Origin: Elusimicrobiota bacterium
GTDB taxonomy: Bacteria; Elusimicrobiota; Elusimicrobia; UBA1565
Assembly: GCA_043827405.1 (NCBI GenBank)
Contig: JBDRPD010000038.1
Span: 1-21,589, forward strand
Reading direction: 5' to 3'
DNA length: 21,589 bases
Under the pieces are notes generated by a model. The model ran no database searches and was not told the DNA's origin. It saw only the letters and a program-made list of their open reading frames with translations. Each line of letters begins with the position of its first letter. The stretch's first letter is position 1. The position numbers and the translations under genes are program-made. Below are positions 8,236 to 19,141 of the stretch, piece by piece.

Positions 8236-8316
8236 TACCGGAAGCATGGCCGCTCCTGCCGGCGCTCATTTTGCCGTCGACAGCGGCTGATAATGCCGAC
8301 AACGTCCGTCGAGCAC

Positions 8317-8325
8317 TGGTATAAT
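8317..8325 (+). promoter_or_regulatory. Extended -10 promoter (TGnTATAAT) for the trp-aro operon
   Basis: TGGTATAAT is a perfect match, 16 nt before the trpE ATG. A weak -35-like CCGACA lies at 8296-8301. Confidence 0.65.
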
Positions 8326-8341
8326 CTCCGGGTAGCGACTA

Positions 8342-9838
8342 ATGAGCTCAACTACCGACAAGTCCTTCGCCCAGGTCGCCGCGGCCGTACGCCGCGGCGC
8401 GACCGTCGTGCCGCTGCTGCGGGAGCTGCCGGCCGACACCCTGACGCCGGTCGCGGCCTTCCTCCGCCTGCCTCGCCCCGGCGAACGTTCTTTCCTGCTG
8501 GAAAGCGTCGAGGGCGGCGAGCGCACCGCCCGCTACTCCTTTCTCGGAGCACGTCCGTTCGAGGAGCTGACGGTGCGCGACGGCATCGCGCGCTTCCGCC
8601 GGGGCTCCGCAGAGGGCGAACTCCCGGGCTGCCCCTTTATGGCCTTGGGTCAACGCCTGCAGAAATACCACGCCCTGCCCGAGCCGGGTCTCCCCCCCTT
8701 CTGCGGCGGCGCTGTCGGGCATATGGGCTACGAGATGGTCCGCCACCTCGAGCCGTCCTGCGGCCTGCGCCGGCCCGGCGGGGTGGAAGCCCGGCTCTCG
8801 ATCTTCGGCGACGTCGCCGCCTTCGACCAGGTACGGCACCGGCTGCTGCTGATCGCCAATGTCATCAAGCCCGAACGCGGGCCGCTGCGGACGGCTTATC
8901 GCCGGGCGCAGGACGCGCTCGACTCCATGGAGCAGCGGATTACCCGGGGACCCGCCGCGAACGGCAACCGGCGGACGGCGGCGCGGCGCGGCCTCCGCCC
9001 GCGGAACCTACTTGGGCCGCGGGCTTTTTGCGACGGCGTACGCCGGCTCAAGCGCAGCATCCGCGAGGGCGACATCTTCCAGGCCGTGCTGTCGGAACGC
9101 TTCGACGTCCCGCTGCGCTGCGGACCGTTCGACGTCTACCGCCGGCTGCGGACCATCAACCCCTCGCCTTACATGTTCTATATCGGTCATGACGCGGACG
9201 CGATCCTGGGCGCCTCGCCGGAAACCTTGGTGCGCATCGAAAACGGCCGCGTCGAGACCCGGCCCATCGCCGGCACCCGCCCCCGCGGCGCCGATGAGGA
9301 AGAGGATATCCGGTTCGAGCGGCAGCTTCTGACCAGCGTCAAGGAGCGCGCCGAACACCTCATGCTGGTCGATCTCGGGCGCAACGACGTCGGCCGCATC
9401 GCGCGGCCCGGCACCGTAACCGTTCCGACCTTCATGCAGGTTGAGCGCTACTCCCACGTCATGCACATCGTCTCAAGCGTCCAGGGCCGCCTGCGGCGGG
9501 GCGCGACCTCCTGGGAGGCCTTCGCCGCCTGCTTTCCCGCCGGCACCGTTTCCGGGGCGCCGAAGATCCGCGCCATGCAGCTGCTCGGCGAAATCGAGCC
9601 CGAACCGCGCGGCCTTTACGCCGGCGCGGTGGTCTACCACGACTTTCACGGCAACCTCGACTCGGCCATCGCCATCCGCAGCCTGTCGGCGCGGGGACGC
9701 GGAGCCGCCCGCCGCGCCCGCGTCCAGGCCGGGGCGGGCATCGTGGCCGACTCGCGGCCCGCCGCCGAGCTGCGCGAAGTACGGGCCAAAGCCGGCGCCA
9801 TGCTCGAGGCGATCCGCCAGGCGGAAGAGAATCGATGA
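8342..9838 (+). CDS. trpE: Anthranilate synthase component I
   Basis: DTLTP, FLLES (Trp feedback site), GDIFQAVLS, NPSPYM, SPE, PIAGT, EHLMLVDLGRND, PAGTVSGAPK, QAGAGIV. Confidence 0.96.
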   Translation: MSSTTDKSFAQVAAAVRRGATVVPLLRELPADTLTPVAAFLRLPRPGERSFLLESVEGGERTARYSFLGARPFEELTVRDGIARFRRGSAEGELPGCPFMALGQRLQKYHALPEPGLPPFCGGAVGHMGYEMVRHLEPSCGLRRPGGVEARLSIFGDVAAFDQVRHRLLLIANVIKPERGPLRTAYRRAQDALDSMEQRITRGPAANGNRRTAARRGLRPRNLLGPRAFCDGVRRLKRSIREGDIFQAVLSERFDVPLRCGPFDVYRRLRTINPSPYMFYIGHDADAILGASPETLVRIENGRVETRPIAGTRPRGADEEEDIRFERQLLTSVKERAEHLMLVDLGRNDVGRIARPGTVTVPTFMQVERYSHVMHIVSSVQGRLRRGATSWEAFAACFPAGTVSGAPKIRAMQLLGEIEPEPRGLYAGAVVYHDFHGNLDSAIAIRSLSARGRGAARRARVQAGAGIVADSRPAAELREVRAKAGAMLEAIRQAEENR

Positions 9839-10404
9839 CCCTCCTCATCGATAACTACGATTCCTTCACCTATAACCTTTACCAGTACCTGCGCGAGCTG
9901 GGAGAGAACGTGCGCGTCCGCCGCAACGACCAGATCACGGTCGAGTCGCTGCGGCGCAAGCCGCCGCGGCGCATCGTATTATCCCCGGGGCCCGGCCGGC
10001 CGGAGAGCGCCGGTGTCTGCCTCAACGTCGTGCGCGCGCTCGCGGCGCGGGTGCCCATCCTCGGGGTCTGCCTCGGACATCAGGCCATCGTGCAGGCCTT
10101 CGGCGGCCGGATCGTGCGCGCCTCCCGGCTCATGCACGGCAAGACCAGCGCCGTTAGCCACGGCGGCCGCGGACTGTACCGGGGCCTGCCGAACCCGCTC
10201 ACCGCCGTGCGCTACCATTCGCTGATCGCCGAGCGGCGGCGGCTGCCGCGCTGCCTCCGGGTTACGGCGGAGACCGCCGACGGCGTCGTTATGGGCGTCC
10301 GTCACCGAACCCTGCCGTGCGAGGGCGTACAGTTCCATCCCGAGTCCCTGCTGACCGCGGAAGGCAAGCGGCTGCTGGAGAACTTCCTGCGGGGACGCCG
10401 ATGA
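9835..10404 (+). CDS. trpG: Anthranilate synthase component II (glutamine amidotransferase)
   Basis: IDNYDSFTYNL, SPGPG, GVCLGHQ, MHGK, RYHSL, GVQFHPES. Confidence 0.96.
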   Translation: MTLLIDNYDSFTYNLYQYLRELGENVRVRRNDQITVESLRRKPPRRIVLSPGPGRPESAGVCLNVVRALAARVPILGVCLGHQAIVQAFGGRIVRASRLMHGKTSAVSHGGRGLYRGLPNPLTAVRYHSLIAERRRLPRCLRVTAETADGVVMGVRHRTLPCEGVQFHPESLLTAEGKRLLENFLRGRR

Positions 10405-11426
10405 GCGCCGGGAAAGGCGTGGTCGAAAAGCTCGCAGGCGGCGGCACCCTCGACCGTGCAGAAGCGCGCGCGCTCATGGAACGCCTGACGTCGGGCGCGG
10501 AGGAAAAGGAGGCGATAAAGTCCCTGCTCCTCGCGCTCAACACCCGAACGCGCACGGTCGACGAGCTCGCCGGCCTGGCGGAGGGCATGCGTGCCCGTGC
10601 CGTCCCGTTGAAGATCACCCGCGAGCCCCTCATCGACACCTGCGGTACCGGCGGCGACGGGCTGCAGACCTTCAACATCTCAACCGCCGCCGCGCTCGTC
10701 GCCGCCGGCGCGGGGGCCGCGGTGGCCAAGCACGGAAACCGCTCGGTTTCCAGCAAATCGGGCTCGGCCGATGTCCTCGAATCGCTCGGCGTCCGCATCG
10801 ACGCGCCCCCGGGAGAGGCCCGCCGCTCCATTGAAGAAACCGGCTTCGGCTTCCTGTTCGCGCCGGTATTTCACCCGGCGATGCGGCATGTGGCTCCCGC
10901 CCGCCGGGAGCTCGGCGTCCGTACGGTATTCAACCTGCTCGGCCCGCTGTGCAACCCGGCCCGCGTCCGCCGCCAGGTCGTCGGCCTTTACGACGCGGAC
11001 CTGCTTGAGACCTATGCCCGAGTCCTGCTGCGCCTCGGCGCGCAGCGCGTGCTGGTAGTGCACGGTGAAGACGGCATGGACGAAATGTCGCTGGCCGCGC
11101 CGACGCGCGTCTGCTTCGCGGATGCGAGCGACGGGCTGCGTCTGGAGACCGTGACGCCGGAAGACGCCGGCCTCACCCGCTGCGCCGCCGAAGATCTGCG
11201 CGGCGGCGACGCCGCGGAAAACGCGCGCCTGATGGAAGGCGTGCTCGAAGGACGGCCGGGCCCCCTGCTGGAAGCGACGCTCTACAACGCCGGCGCGGCG
11301 CTGACGGCCGCCGGCATGTCCCGCTCCATCAAAGAAGGCACCGCCGCCGCCCGCGACAGCGTGCGCGCCGGCAAGGCGCGGGACGTGCTGGACGCGCTGC
11401 GCGCCCGCGCGGGAGACGCCGCGTGA
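10401..11426 (+). CDS. trpD: Anthranilate phosphoribosyltransferase
   Basis: DTCGTGGDG, FNIST, KHGNR, SGSAD, RTVFNLLGP, GMDE. Start reassigned to the ATGA overlap at 10401. Confidence 0.96.
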   Translation: MSAGKGVVEKLAGGGTLDRAEARALMERLTSGAEEKEAIKSLLLALNTRTRTVDELAGLAEGMRARAVPLKITREPLIDTCGTGGDGLQTFNISTAAALVAAGAGAAVAKHGNRSVSSKSGSADVLESLGVRIDAPPGEARRSIEETGFGFLFAPVFHPAMRHVAPARRELGVRTVFNLLGPLCNPARVRRQVVGLYDADLLETYARVLLRLGAQRVLVVHGEDGMDEMSLAAPTRVCFADASDGLRLETVTPEDAGLTRCAAEDLRGGDAAENARLMEGVLEGRPGPLLEATLYNAGAALTAAGMSRSIKEGTAAARDSVRAGKARDVLDALRARAGDAA

Positions 11427-12211
11427 CGGAATCGGTACTCGAGAAGATCGCGGCGGCGACCCGCACGCGCATCGCCGCAGCCAAGGCCCGGACTTCGGAG
11501 GATGCCCTGCGCGAGCGCATTGCGCGGGCGGCGGCGACACATTCTCTTCTTGCGCGCCTGCGGCGACCCGGTCTGCATGTCATATCCGAGATCAAGCTGG
11601 CCTCTCCCTCAGCGGGCTCCTTGGGCGAGGGACTCGATCCGGCGGCCGTCGCCGCGGACTACGCCGCCAACGGCGCCGCGGCGATATCGGTTCTGACCGA
11701 ACCGCAATTCTTTCGCGGCGAGCTGGCGCATCTGGAAGCGGTTCGCCGGACGGTCGAGCTCCCGGTGCTGATGAAGGATTTCCTGCTGGACCAATATCAG
11801 ATCCTGCAGGCCCGCGCCGCCGGCGCCGACGCGGTGCTGCTGATCGCCGCGCTCCTGGGCGAGCGCTTGCCGCAGCTGCTGGCGGTCACCGAAGGATTCG
11901 GGCTCGACGCGCTGGTCGAAGTCCACGACGAAGACGAGATGCGCGCGGCCCTGGACGCCGGCGCCCGGCTCGTCGGCGTCAATAACCGCAACCTCAAAAC
12001 CCTCGCCGTTGACCTGGAAACATCCCGCCGGCTGGCCCGCTACGCGGACCGCGCGGTGCTGGTCTGCGAGAGCGGCCTGCGCGAAAGACGGGAACTCGAT
12101 GAAATGTTGACGCTGGGCTACCGCGGCTTCTTGATCGGCACGCAGCTGATCCGCGGCGGCCGCCCGGGCGCGGCCCTGGCGAAGCTGCTCGGTCGAGGAG
12201 CAGCGCCGTGA
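11423..12211 (+). CDS. trpC: Indole-3-glycerol phosphate synthase
   Basis: EIKLASPS, ISVLTE, KDF, GADAVLLI, LVEVH, GVNNRNL, ESG. GTGA overlap with trpD. Confidence 0.96.
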   Translation: MTESVLEKIAAATRTRIAAAKARTSEDALRERIARAAATHSLLARLRRPGLHVISEIKLASPSAGSLGEGLDPAAVAADYAANGAAAISVLTEPQFFRGELAHLEAVRRTVELPVLMKDFLLDQYQILQARAAGADAVLLIAALLGERLPQLLAVTEGFGLDALVEVHDEDEMRAALDAGARLVGVNNRNLKTLAVDLETSRRLARYADRAVLVCESGLRERRELDEMLTLGYRGFLIGTQLIRGGRPGAALAKLLGRGAAP

Positions 12212-12836
12212 TGCGGGTCAAAGTCTGCGGCATCACCCGCGTCGAGGACGCGCTGCTCGCGGCGGAGTTCGGCGCTTGGGCGATCGGCTTTGTTTTCCAC
12301 CCCAAAAGCCCTCGTTTTATCGCGCCGGAAGAGGCGCGGCGGATCGGCGCGGCGCTGCCGCAGAATTCAGCGCTGCGCGTCGGCGTGTTCATGGATCAGC
12401 CGGAAGAGACGATCCTCGCCGCGGCCGCGGCCGCGGAGCTGGATCTGCTGCAGCTGCACGGCTCCGAGCCCGTCAGCCTGGTCCACGTCCTCGGCGCCGA
12501 GCGCTGCATCAAGGCCGTCGCCACCGGAGCGTCTTTCGACCTCGAGGCCGCCGCCGCTCATCCGGCGGCATACGTCCTGATCGACCGGCCGCGCACCCCC
12601 GAGCGCGCGTTCGTATCGCTCGTGGACCTGGACCAGGCCGGCGTCTTGGCGCAGCGCCGCGCGGGAACGCTGCTCGCCGGCGGCCTGGCGCCCGAGAACG
12701 TCGGCGAAGCCGTACGGCACGTACAGCCCTGGGGAGTAGACATCTCCAGCGGCATCGAAACCGTCCCGGGAATCAAAGACCCGGACCGGACGGCCGCATT
12801 TTTTGACGCCATACGACGGGCGGAGGCGCAGCAGAC

Positions 12837-12840
<4 letters not shown>
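12208..12840 (+). CDS. trpF: Phosphoribosylanthranilate isomerase
   Basis: [37 protein letters not shown]. Confidence 0.93.
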
Positions 12841-14040
<1,200 letters not shown>

Positions 14041-14048
<8 letters not shown>

Positions 14049-14847
14049 GAGCCGCCTCGCCGCCGTGATCCGCGCCGCCAATGCGCAAGGACGCGCCGCT
14101 TTCATCCCCTATATCGGCTCCGGCGACCCCGCGCTCAAATGGACCGGGGTATTCGTAGACGCGCTATGCGCGGCGGGAGCGGATATAATTGAACTCGGCG
14201 TCCCGTTCTCCGATCCGATGGCCGATGGGCCGGTCAACCAGCGCGCCGCCGAGCGAGCGTTGGCCGCCGGCACGACCCTAAGCGGCATCCTGCGCGAGGT
14301 AGGCAAGCTGCGGGCGCGCGGCGTGAACATCCCCATCGTCCTCTTCACCTACTACAACCCGATATATCGCATGGGGCTCAAGGCCTTCGCCCAACGCGCA
14401 CGGGCGTCCGGAGTCGACGGAGCGCTGATTGTCGACCTGCCCCCCGAGGAGGCCGGCCCCTACCTTAAGGCCGCGCGCGCGGCGTGCCTGGAGACCGTCT
14501 TTCTCGCCGCGCCCACAACGACCGTGCAGCGCCTGCGCCGTATCGGCGCGGCCTCCAGCGGCTTTGTATACTACGTATCGCGCCTGGGCGTCACCGGCGA
14601 ACGAACGTCCCTGTCCGGCTCGTTGGCGGCGGAGCTCGCCGGAATACGGCGGCGCGTAGCGCTGCCGGTGGCGGTGGGCTTCGGCATTTCGACGCCGCAG
14701 CAGGCCGCGGCCGCGGGTTGCCTGGCGGACGCCGTCGTCGTCGGCAGCGCGCTGGTCCGCATTATCGAGGAAAACCCGGCCCCGAAAGCCGCGAAACTGC
14801 TGCGCCGGCGCGCCCGCGCGCTGGCCGCAAGCCTGGAGAGACACTGA
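14041..14847 (+). CDS. trpA: Tryptophan synthase alpha chain
   Basis: [46 protein letters not shown]. Start reassigned to ATG 14041. Confidence 0.97.
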
Positions 14848-15866
14848 TGCTCATTTTACTGAATGCCGACCATACGGGAACGGAGCTCACCGGAATCGTC
14901 CGGCACATAGAGAGTAAAGGCTTCAAGGCCCATGTTATCCCCGGCGCGCAGAGTACCGCCGTCGGCGTAACGGGCAACAGCGGTCCTCTCAACCCGGTAG
15001 AGTTCGAGAACCTGCCGGGCGTTCACAAAGCGGTTTCAATTTCCAAGCCCTATAAACTGGCGGGACGCGACTTCAAGCACGACGACACGGTCATTACGAT
15101 ACCCGGCACGAAAACCCGAATCGGCGCCGGAACCTTCGTTATAATCGCCGGCCCCTGCGCGGTGGAAAGCGAGGAGCAGACGGTGCGCATCGCCCGCGCC
15201 GTCCGCGACGCCGGCGCGCACATCCTGCGCGGCGGCGCGTTCAAGCCGCGCACCAACCCCTATTCCTTCCAGGGCCTGGGCGAGGACGGGCTGAAGATTC
15301 TGGCGACCGCGCGCGCGGAAACCGGCCTGCCGGTGATCACCGAAGCCCTCGACGGCGCATCTCTTGAGCTGGCCGCGAAGTACGCCGACATCATCCAGAT
15401 CGGCGCCCGCAATATGCAGAATTTCTCGCTGCTGCGAAGGTTCGGCCAGCTCGACAAGCCGGTCATGCTCAAGCGCGGCCCTTCCGCCACGCTGGACGAA
15501 TGGCTGCAGTCGGCGGAGTACATCATCTCCGAAGGCAACGCCAACGTCATCCTCTGCGAGCGCGGGATCCGCACTTTTCTCGACCACACACGCAACACGC
15601 TCGATCTCAACGTCGTACCGATCGTGCGCCGCTTAAGCCACCTGCCCATCCTCGTTGACCCGAGCCACGGAACCGGGGTGCGCGATGCGGTGGCGCCGAT
15701 GGCGCGCGCGGCCGCGGCCGTGGGGGCCGGCGGCATTATGGTGGAGGTACACGACCGACCGAAGGAAGCTTTGTGCGACGGCCCGCAAGCCCTGTCGCCG
15801 GAGGCTTTCCGAACCCTCGTCGAGGAGCTGCGCGCGATCGGCGAGGCACTAGGCTTCAAGGTATGA
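14847..15866 (+). CDS. aroF: DAHP synthase type I-beta with N-terminal regulatory (ACT-like) domain
   Basis: IAGPCAVES, RGGAFKPRT, QIGARNMQN, KRG, CERGIRT, DPSHGTG. About 70-aa N-terminal domain as in Thermotoga-type enzymes. TGATG overlap with trpA. Confidence 0.94.
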   Translation: MLILLNADHTGTELTGIVRHIESKGFKAHVIPGAQSTAVGVTGNSGPLNPVEFENLPGVHKAVSISKPYKLAGRDFKHDDTVITIPGTKTRIGAGTFVIIAGPCAVESEEQTVRIARAVRDAGAHILRGGAFKPRTNPYSFQGLGEDGLKILATARAETGLPVITEALDGASLELAAKYADIIQIGARNMQNFSLLRRFGQLDKPVMLKRGPSATLDEWLQSAEYIISEGNANVILCERGIRTFLDHTRNTLDLNVVPIVRRLSHLPILVDPSHGTGVRDAVAPMARAAAAVGAGGIMVEVHDRPKEALCDGPQALSPEAFRTLVEELRAIGEALGFKV

Positions 15867-17155
15867 ACCGGACCGTCGCCGGCGCCCGGCGCCCGGCTAC
15901 CGGCACCGTTGAGGTGCCGGGCGATAAATCCATCGCCCATCGCGCGCTCATCCTCGGCACGCTCGCCAACGGCGACTTCCGATTGGCGAATATGCCGGAG
16001 GGCCGGGACGTGCTGTCGACCCGGCAGTGCCTGGAGTCCTTGGGGGCGCGCATCGACGGCATGGGACGGGAAATGCGCATCGAGGGGCTCGGGCTGCGCG
16101 GCCTGCAGGCGCCGGCACAGGCGCTCGACTGCGGGAACTCCGGGACCACCATGCGCCTGCTGATGGGCGTCCTGGCCGGCCAGCCGTACGAATCGCGCCT
16201 GCTTGGAGACGCCTCTCTATCGCAGCGTCCGATGAAGCGGGTCAGCGAACCCCTGGAAAAGATGGGCGCCGGCTTCGCGCTGACCGACGGCGGCCGGCCG
16301 CCCGTCCGCGTACGCGGAACGCACCCGCTCAAGCCCGTAACCCTGCGGCTCGCGGTCCCGAGCGCCCAGGTGAAGTCGGCGGTGCTTTTGGCCGGACTAT
16401 ACGCCGACGGGATAACGCGCGTCACCGACCCTTTCGGCACGCGCGACCATACCGAGCGCATGCTGCGCTTTCTCAGCGACGGCGGCATCGCCCGCCGCGA
16501 CGGAGACGCGATCCTGGTAGAACCGCACCTGCTGGCCACCGATAAGAGCCTGACCATCCCCGGCGACATTTCCTCAGCTGCCTTTTTCGCCGCCATCGCG
16601 GCGCTGGTGCCGGGCTCGGACCTGCTGCTGCGCGGCGTCCTGCTCAACCCTTCCCGCCTGGGATTTTTCGCCGCCCTGCGGGAAATGGGGGCGGTATTTC
16701 AGGCCGTGGAGCGCGGAGAAGCCGGCGGCGAGCCCGTCGGCGAAATCCAGATCAACGCCTCATCCTTGACCGGTATCCGCCTGGCTCCGGAGAGAATCCC
16801 GGCGCTGGTCGACGAGGTCCCGCTGCTGGCCGTCGTCGCGGCCGGCGCCCGCGGAGAAACGCGCATCGAAGGGCTGGCCGAACTGCGGCTCAAGGAGACC
16901 GACCGCCTGACCGGAACGGTCGACGGGCTGCGCGCGCTCGGCGCCGACGCGCGGGCCGAAGGAGATACGCTGATCGTTCGCGGCCCGGCGCGGCTCAAGG
17001 GCGCATCCGTGCAATCGCGGGGCGACCACCGCCTGGCGATGGCCTTCGCCGTGGCGGCGCTGCGCGCCGCGGGCGAAACGCATATCGAAGACGCCGGCTG
17101 CGTCGACGTAAGCTTCCCCGGCTTCTTTGAGGAACTAGGCAGGCTGTGCGCGTGA
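15863..17155 (+). CDS. aroA: EPSP synthase (class II-like)
   Basis: PGDKSIAHRA, GNSGTTMR, RPM, SAQVKSA, RDHTE, PGDISSAAF, KETDR, DHRLAM, SFPGF. Start at the ATGA overlap. Confidence 0.96.
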   Translation: MNRTVAGARRPATGTVEVPGDKSIAHRALILGTLANGDFRLANMPEGRDVLSTRQCLESLGARIDGMGREMRIEGLGLRGLQAPAQALDCGNSGTTMRLLMGVLAGQPYESRLLGDASLSQRPMKRVSEPLEKMGAGFALTDGGRPPVRVRGTHPLKPVTLRLAVPSAQVKSAVLLAGLYADGITRVTDPFGTRDHTERMLRFLSDGGIARRDGDAILVEPHLLATDKSLTIPGDISSAAFFAAIAALVPGSDLLLRGVLLNPSRLGFFAALREMGAVFQAVERGEAGGEPVGEIQINASSLTGIRLAPERIPALVDEVPLLAVVAAGARGETRIEGLAELRLKETDRLTGTVDGLRALGADARAEGDTLIVRGPARLKGASVQSRGDHRLAMAFAVAALRAAGETHIEDAGCVDVSFPGFFEELGRLCA

Positions 17156-17991
17156 AGCATCCCTGGGCCGCGCTCATCGGGCATCCCATCGGCCACTCCC
17201 TGTCCCCCCTGATCTATCGCGCCTTCGGCTTTGCGCTGGACCGGCAGATTCACTACCGCGCGCTCGACGTGCGCGAGCGCAAGCTGGCGCCGACCTTTAA
17301 GCTCGCACGCGACCACCGCTGGCTGGGCTGGAACGTCACGCTCCCCTACAAGGTGCGGTTAATGGATTTCGTAGACGAGACGGACGCGAGCGCGCGGGCA
17401 GCGGGCGCCCTCAACCTGATCCGCTTCCACGACGGCCGCGCTACCGGCTACAACACCGATATCGCGGGTTTTCTGACCCCCTTGGCGGCGCGCGGCATCG
17501 AACTCACGGGAAAGTCCGCGCTGATTCTCGGCGCCGGCGGAGCGGCCAGGGCCGCGGGCGCCGCGCTGACGGGCTCCGGCGTAGACGACATCGTCTTTCT
17601 CAACCGCACCCCGGAGAAGGCCGCTCAGCTGGCCGCCCAATTCGACGGCCGCGCCGGCGCTTTGGTTGAGCGCGTCCTCAATCAGGAGCTGCCCGCCGCC
17701 GATATCGTCGTGCAGGCCACCTCGCTGGGGCTCGACGGCACGGCGAATCCGCTGCCTTATGTCATGCGCTTCAAGAAAGGCGCACTGGCCTATGATCTCG
17801 TATACCGCCCGCAGGAGACTCCGTTTCTAAAAACGGCCGCCAGCGGCGGCGCGACGACAGTCGGCGGACTTGAAATGCTCGTCGCCCAAGCCGCCGCGGC
17901 CTGGAATATTTGGTTCGCCGAGACCGTTCCCGGCGGCGTCACGGCGCGCATTATCCAGCAATTAGAGAGAAAGCTTGATGAAGATACTTAG
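17152..17991 (+). CDS. aroE: Shikimate dehydrogenase
   Basis: GHPIGHSLSP, NVTLPYK, GYNTD, GAGGAARA, NRT, YDLVY, GLEMLVAQA. GTG start at 17152 (or 17146). Confidence 0.94.
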   Translation: MKHPWAALIGHPIGHSLSPLIYRAFGFALDRQIHYRALDVRERKLAPTFKLARDHRWLGWNVTLPYKVRLMDFVDETDASARAAGALNLIRFHDGRATGYNTDIAGFLTPLAARGIELTGKSALILGAGGAARAAGAALTGSGVDDIVFLNRTPEKAAQLAAQFDGRAGALVERVLNQELPAADIVVQATSLGLDGTANPLPYVMRFKKGALAYDLVYRPQETPFLKTAASGGATTVGGLEMLVAQAAAAWNIWFAETVPGGVTARIIQQLERKLDEDT

Positions 17992-19141
17992 ACTTTTGAC
18001 GGCCGGCGAATCGCACGGCCCCGCCCTGACCGGCATCCTGGAAGGCCTCCCGGCCGGCCTCGAGCTGACGACCGGCTATATCAACGCCCAGCTCGCCCGC
18101 CGCCAAAAGGGCCACGGCCGCGGCGGCCGCATGAAAATCGAAACGGACCAGGTCGAGCTCCTGGGCGGCGTCCGGCACGGGAGAACCCTCGGCTCGCCGG
18201 TCGCGATGCTGATCCGCAACCGCGACTGGAAGAACTGGCAGGACGTGATGGCGGTCGAAGGCGGCGGCGATGAAACCCGCAAAACCGTGCGGGTGCCGCG
18301 TCCCGGCCACGCCGACTACGTCGGCGGCGTCAAGTACGGCCATGCCGATCTGCGCAATGTCCTCGAACGCGCCAGCGCCCGCGAGACCGCAATCCGCACG
18401 GCGTTGGCCGCCGCCGCCCGCCGGCTGCTCGAAGAGTTCGACATTCACCTTGGAAGCCGCGTCACGGCGATCGGCGCCGCCGCGGACGAAAACGACGCCG
18501 GCATCGTGCCCGCCGCCGAGCTCAACGTCCGCACCGACGCCTCCCCCGTACGCTGTCTTGACGATGCGGCTTCCGCGCGCATGGTCGCTGAAATCGACGC
18601 CGCCAAGAAGGACGGCGACACGCTCGGCGGCGTCTTTGAGGTCCGCGTTAGCGGCCTGCCGGTCGGATTGGGCAGCCACGTCCACTGGGACCGCCGTCTG
18701 GAAGGAGACCTCGCCCGCGCCTTCATGAGCCTCAACGGCATCAAGGGCGTCGAGATCGGTCTCGGCTTCGGCGCCGCGGCGCTGCGCGGCTCACAGGTGC
18801 ATGATGCCCTGGGCTGGGATGAGACCAAGACCCGCGCCGCGCGGGAAACCAACCGCTCCGGCGGAATCGACGGCGGGATCACGACCGGCGATGAGCTGGT
18901 GATCCGGGCGGCGATGAAGCCCATATCCACGCTGCTGAAGCCGATCGGCTCCATCGACCTCGACCGCAAAGAGGACGCGGCGGCGCATATCGAACGCTCG
19001 GACTTCTGCGCCGTCCCGGCGGCGGCCGTCATCGGCGAAGCGCTGGCCGCGCTCGAGCTCGCCGACGCCTTCCTGCGCAAGTTCGGCGGCGACTCGATCG
19101 AGGAGATCCGCGCCCATATCGATGCCACGCCGCGCGGCTAA
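17978..19141 (+). CDS. aroC: Chorismate synthase
   Basis: TAGESHG, GRGGRM, RPGHAD, ERASARETA, GDTLGG, KGVEIG, NRSGGIDGGIT, MKPIST, ERSD. Confidence 0.97.
   Translation: MKILRLLTAGESHGPALTGILEGLPAGLELTTGYINAQLARRQKGHGRGGRMKIETDQVELLGGVRHGRTLGSPVAMLIRNRDWKNWQDVMAVEGGGDETRKTVRVPRPGHADYVGGVKYGHADLRNVLERASARETAIRTALAAAARRLLEEFDIHLGSRVTAIGAAADENDAGIVPAAELNVRTDASPVRCLDDAASARMVAEIDAAKKDGDTLGGVFEVRVSGLPVGLGSHVHWDRRLEGDLARAFMSLNGIKGVEIGLGFGAAALRGSQVHDALGWDETKTRAARETNRSGGIDGGITTGDELVIRAAMKPISTLLKPIGSIDLDRKEDAAAHIERSDFCAVPAAAVIGEALAALELADAFLRKFGGDSIEEIRAHIDATPRG

Noticed and set aside
8293..9192. ORF starting MPTTSVEHWYN just upstream of trpE, considered as a trp leader peptide
   Set aside because: It has only one early Trp codon, which is part of the TGGTATAAT promoter. 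It starts upstream of the probable TSS and runs 299 codons out of frame through trpE with no attenuator hairpins.
8342..10404. Alternative call as pabB/pabA
   Set aside because: The LLES and NPSPYM Trp-feedback motifs, the PIAGT (not PIKGT) motif and the position ahead of trpDCFBA support trpE/trpG.
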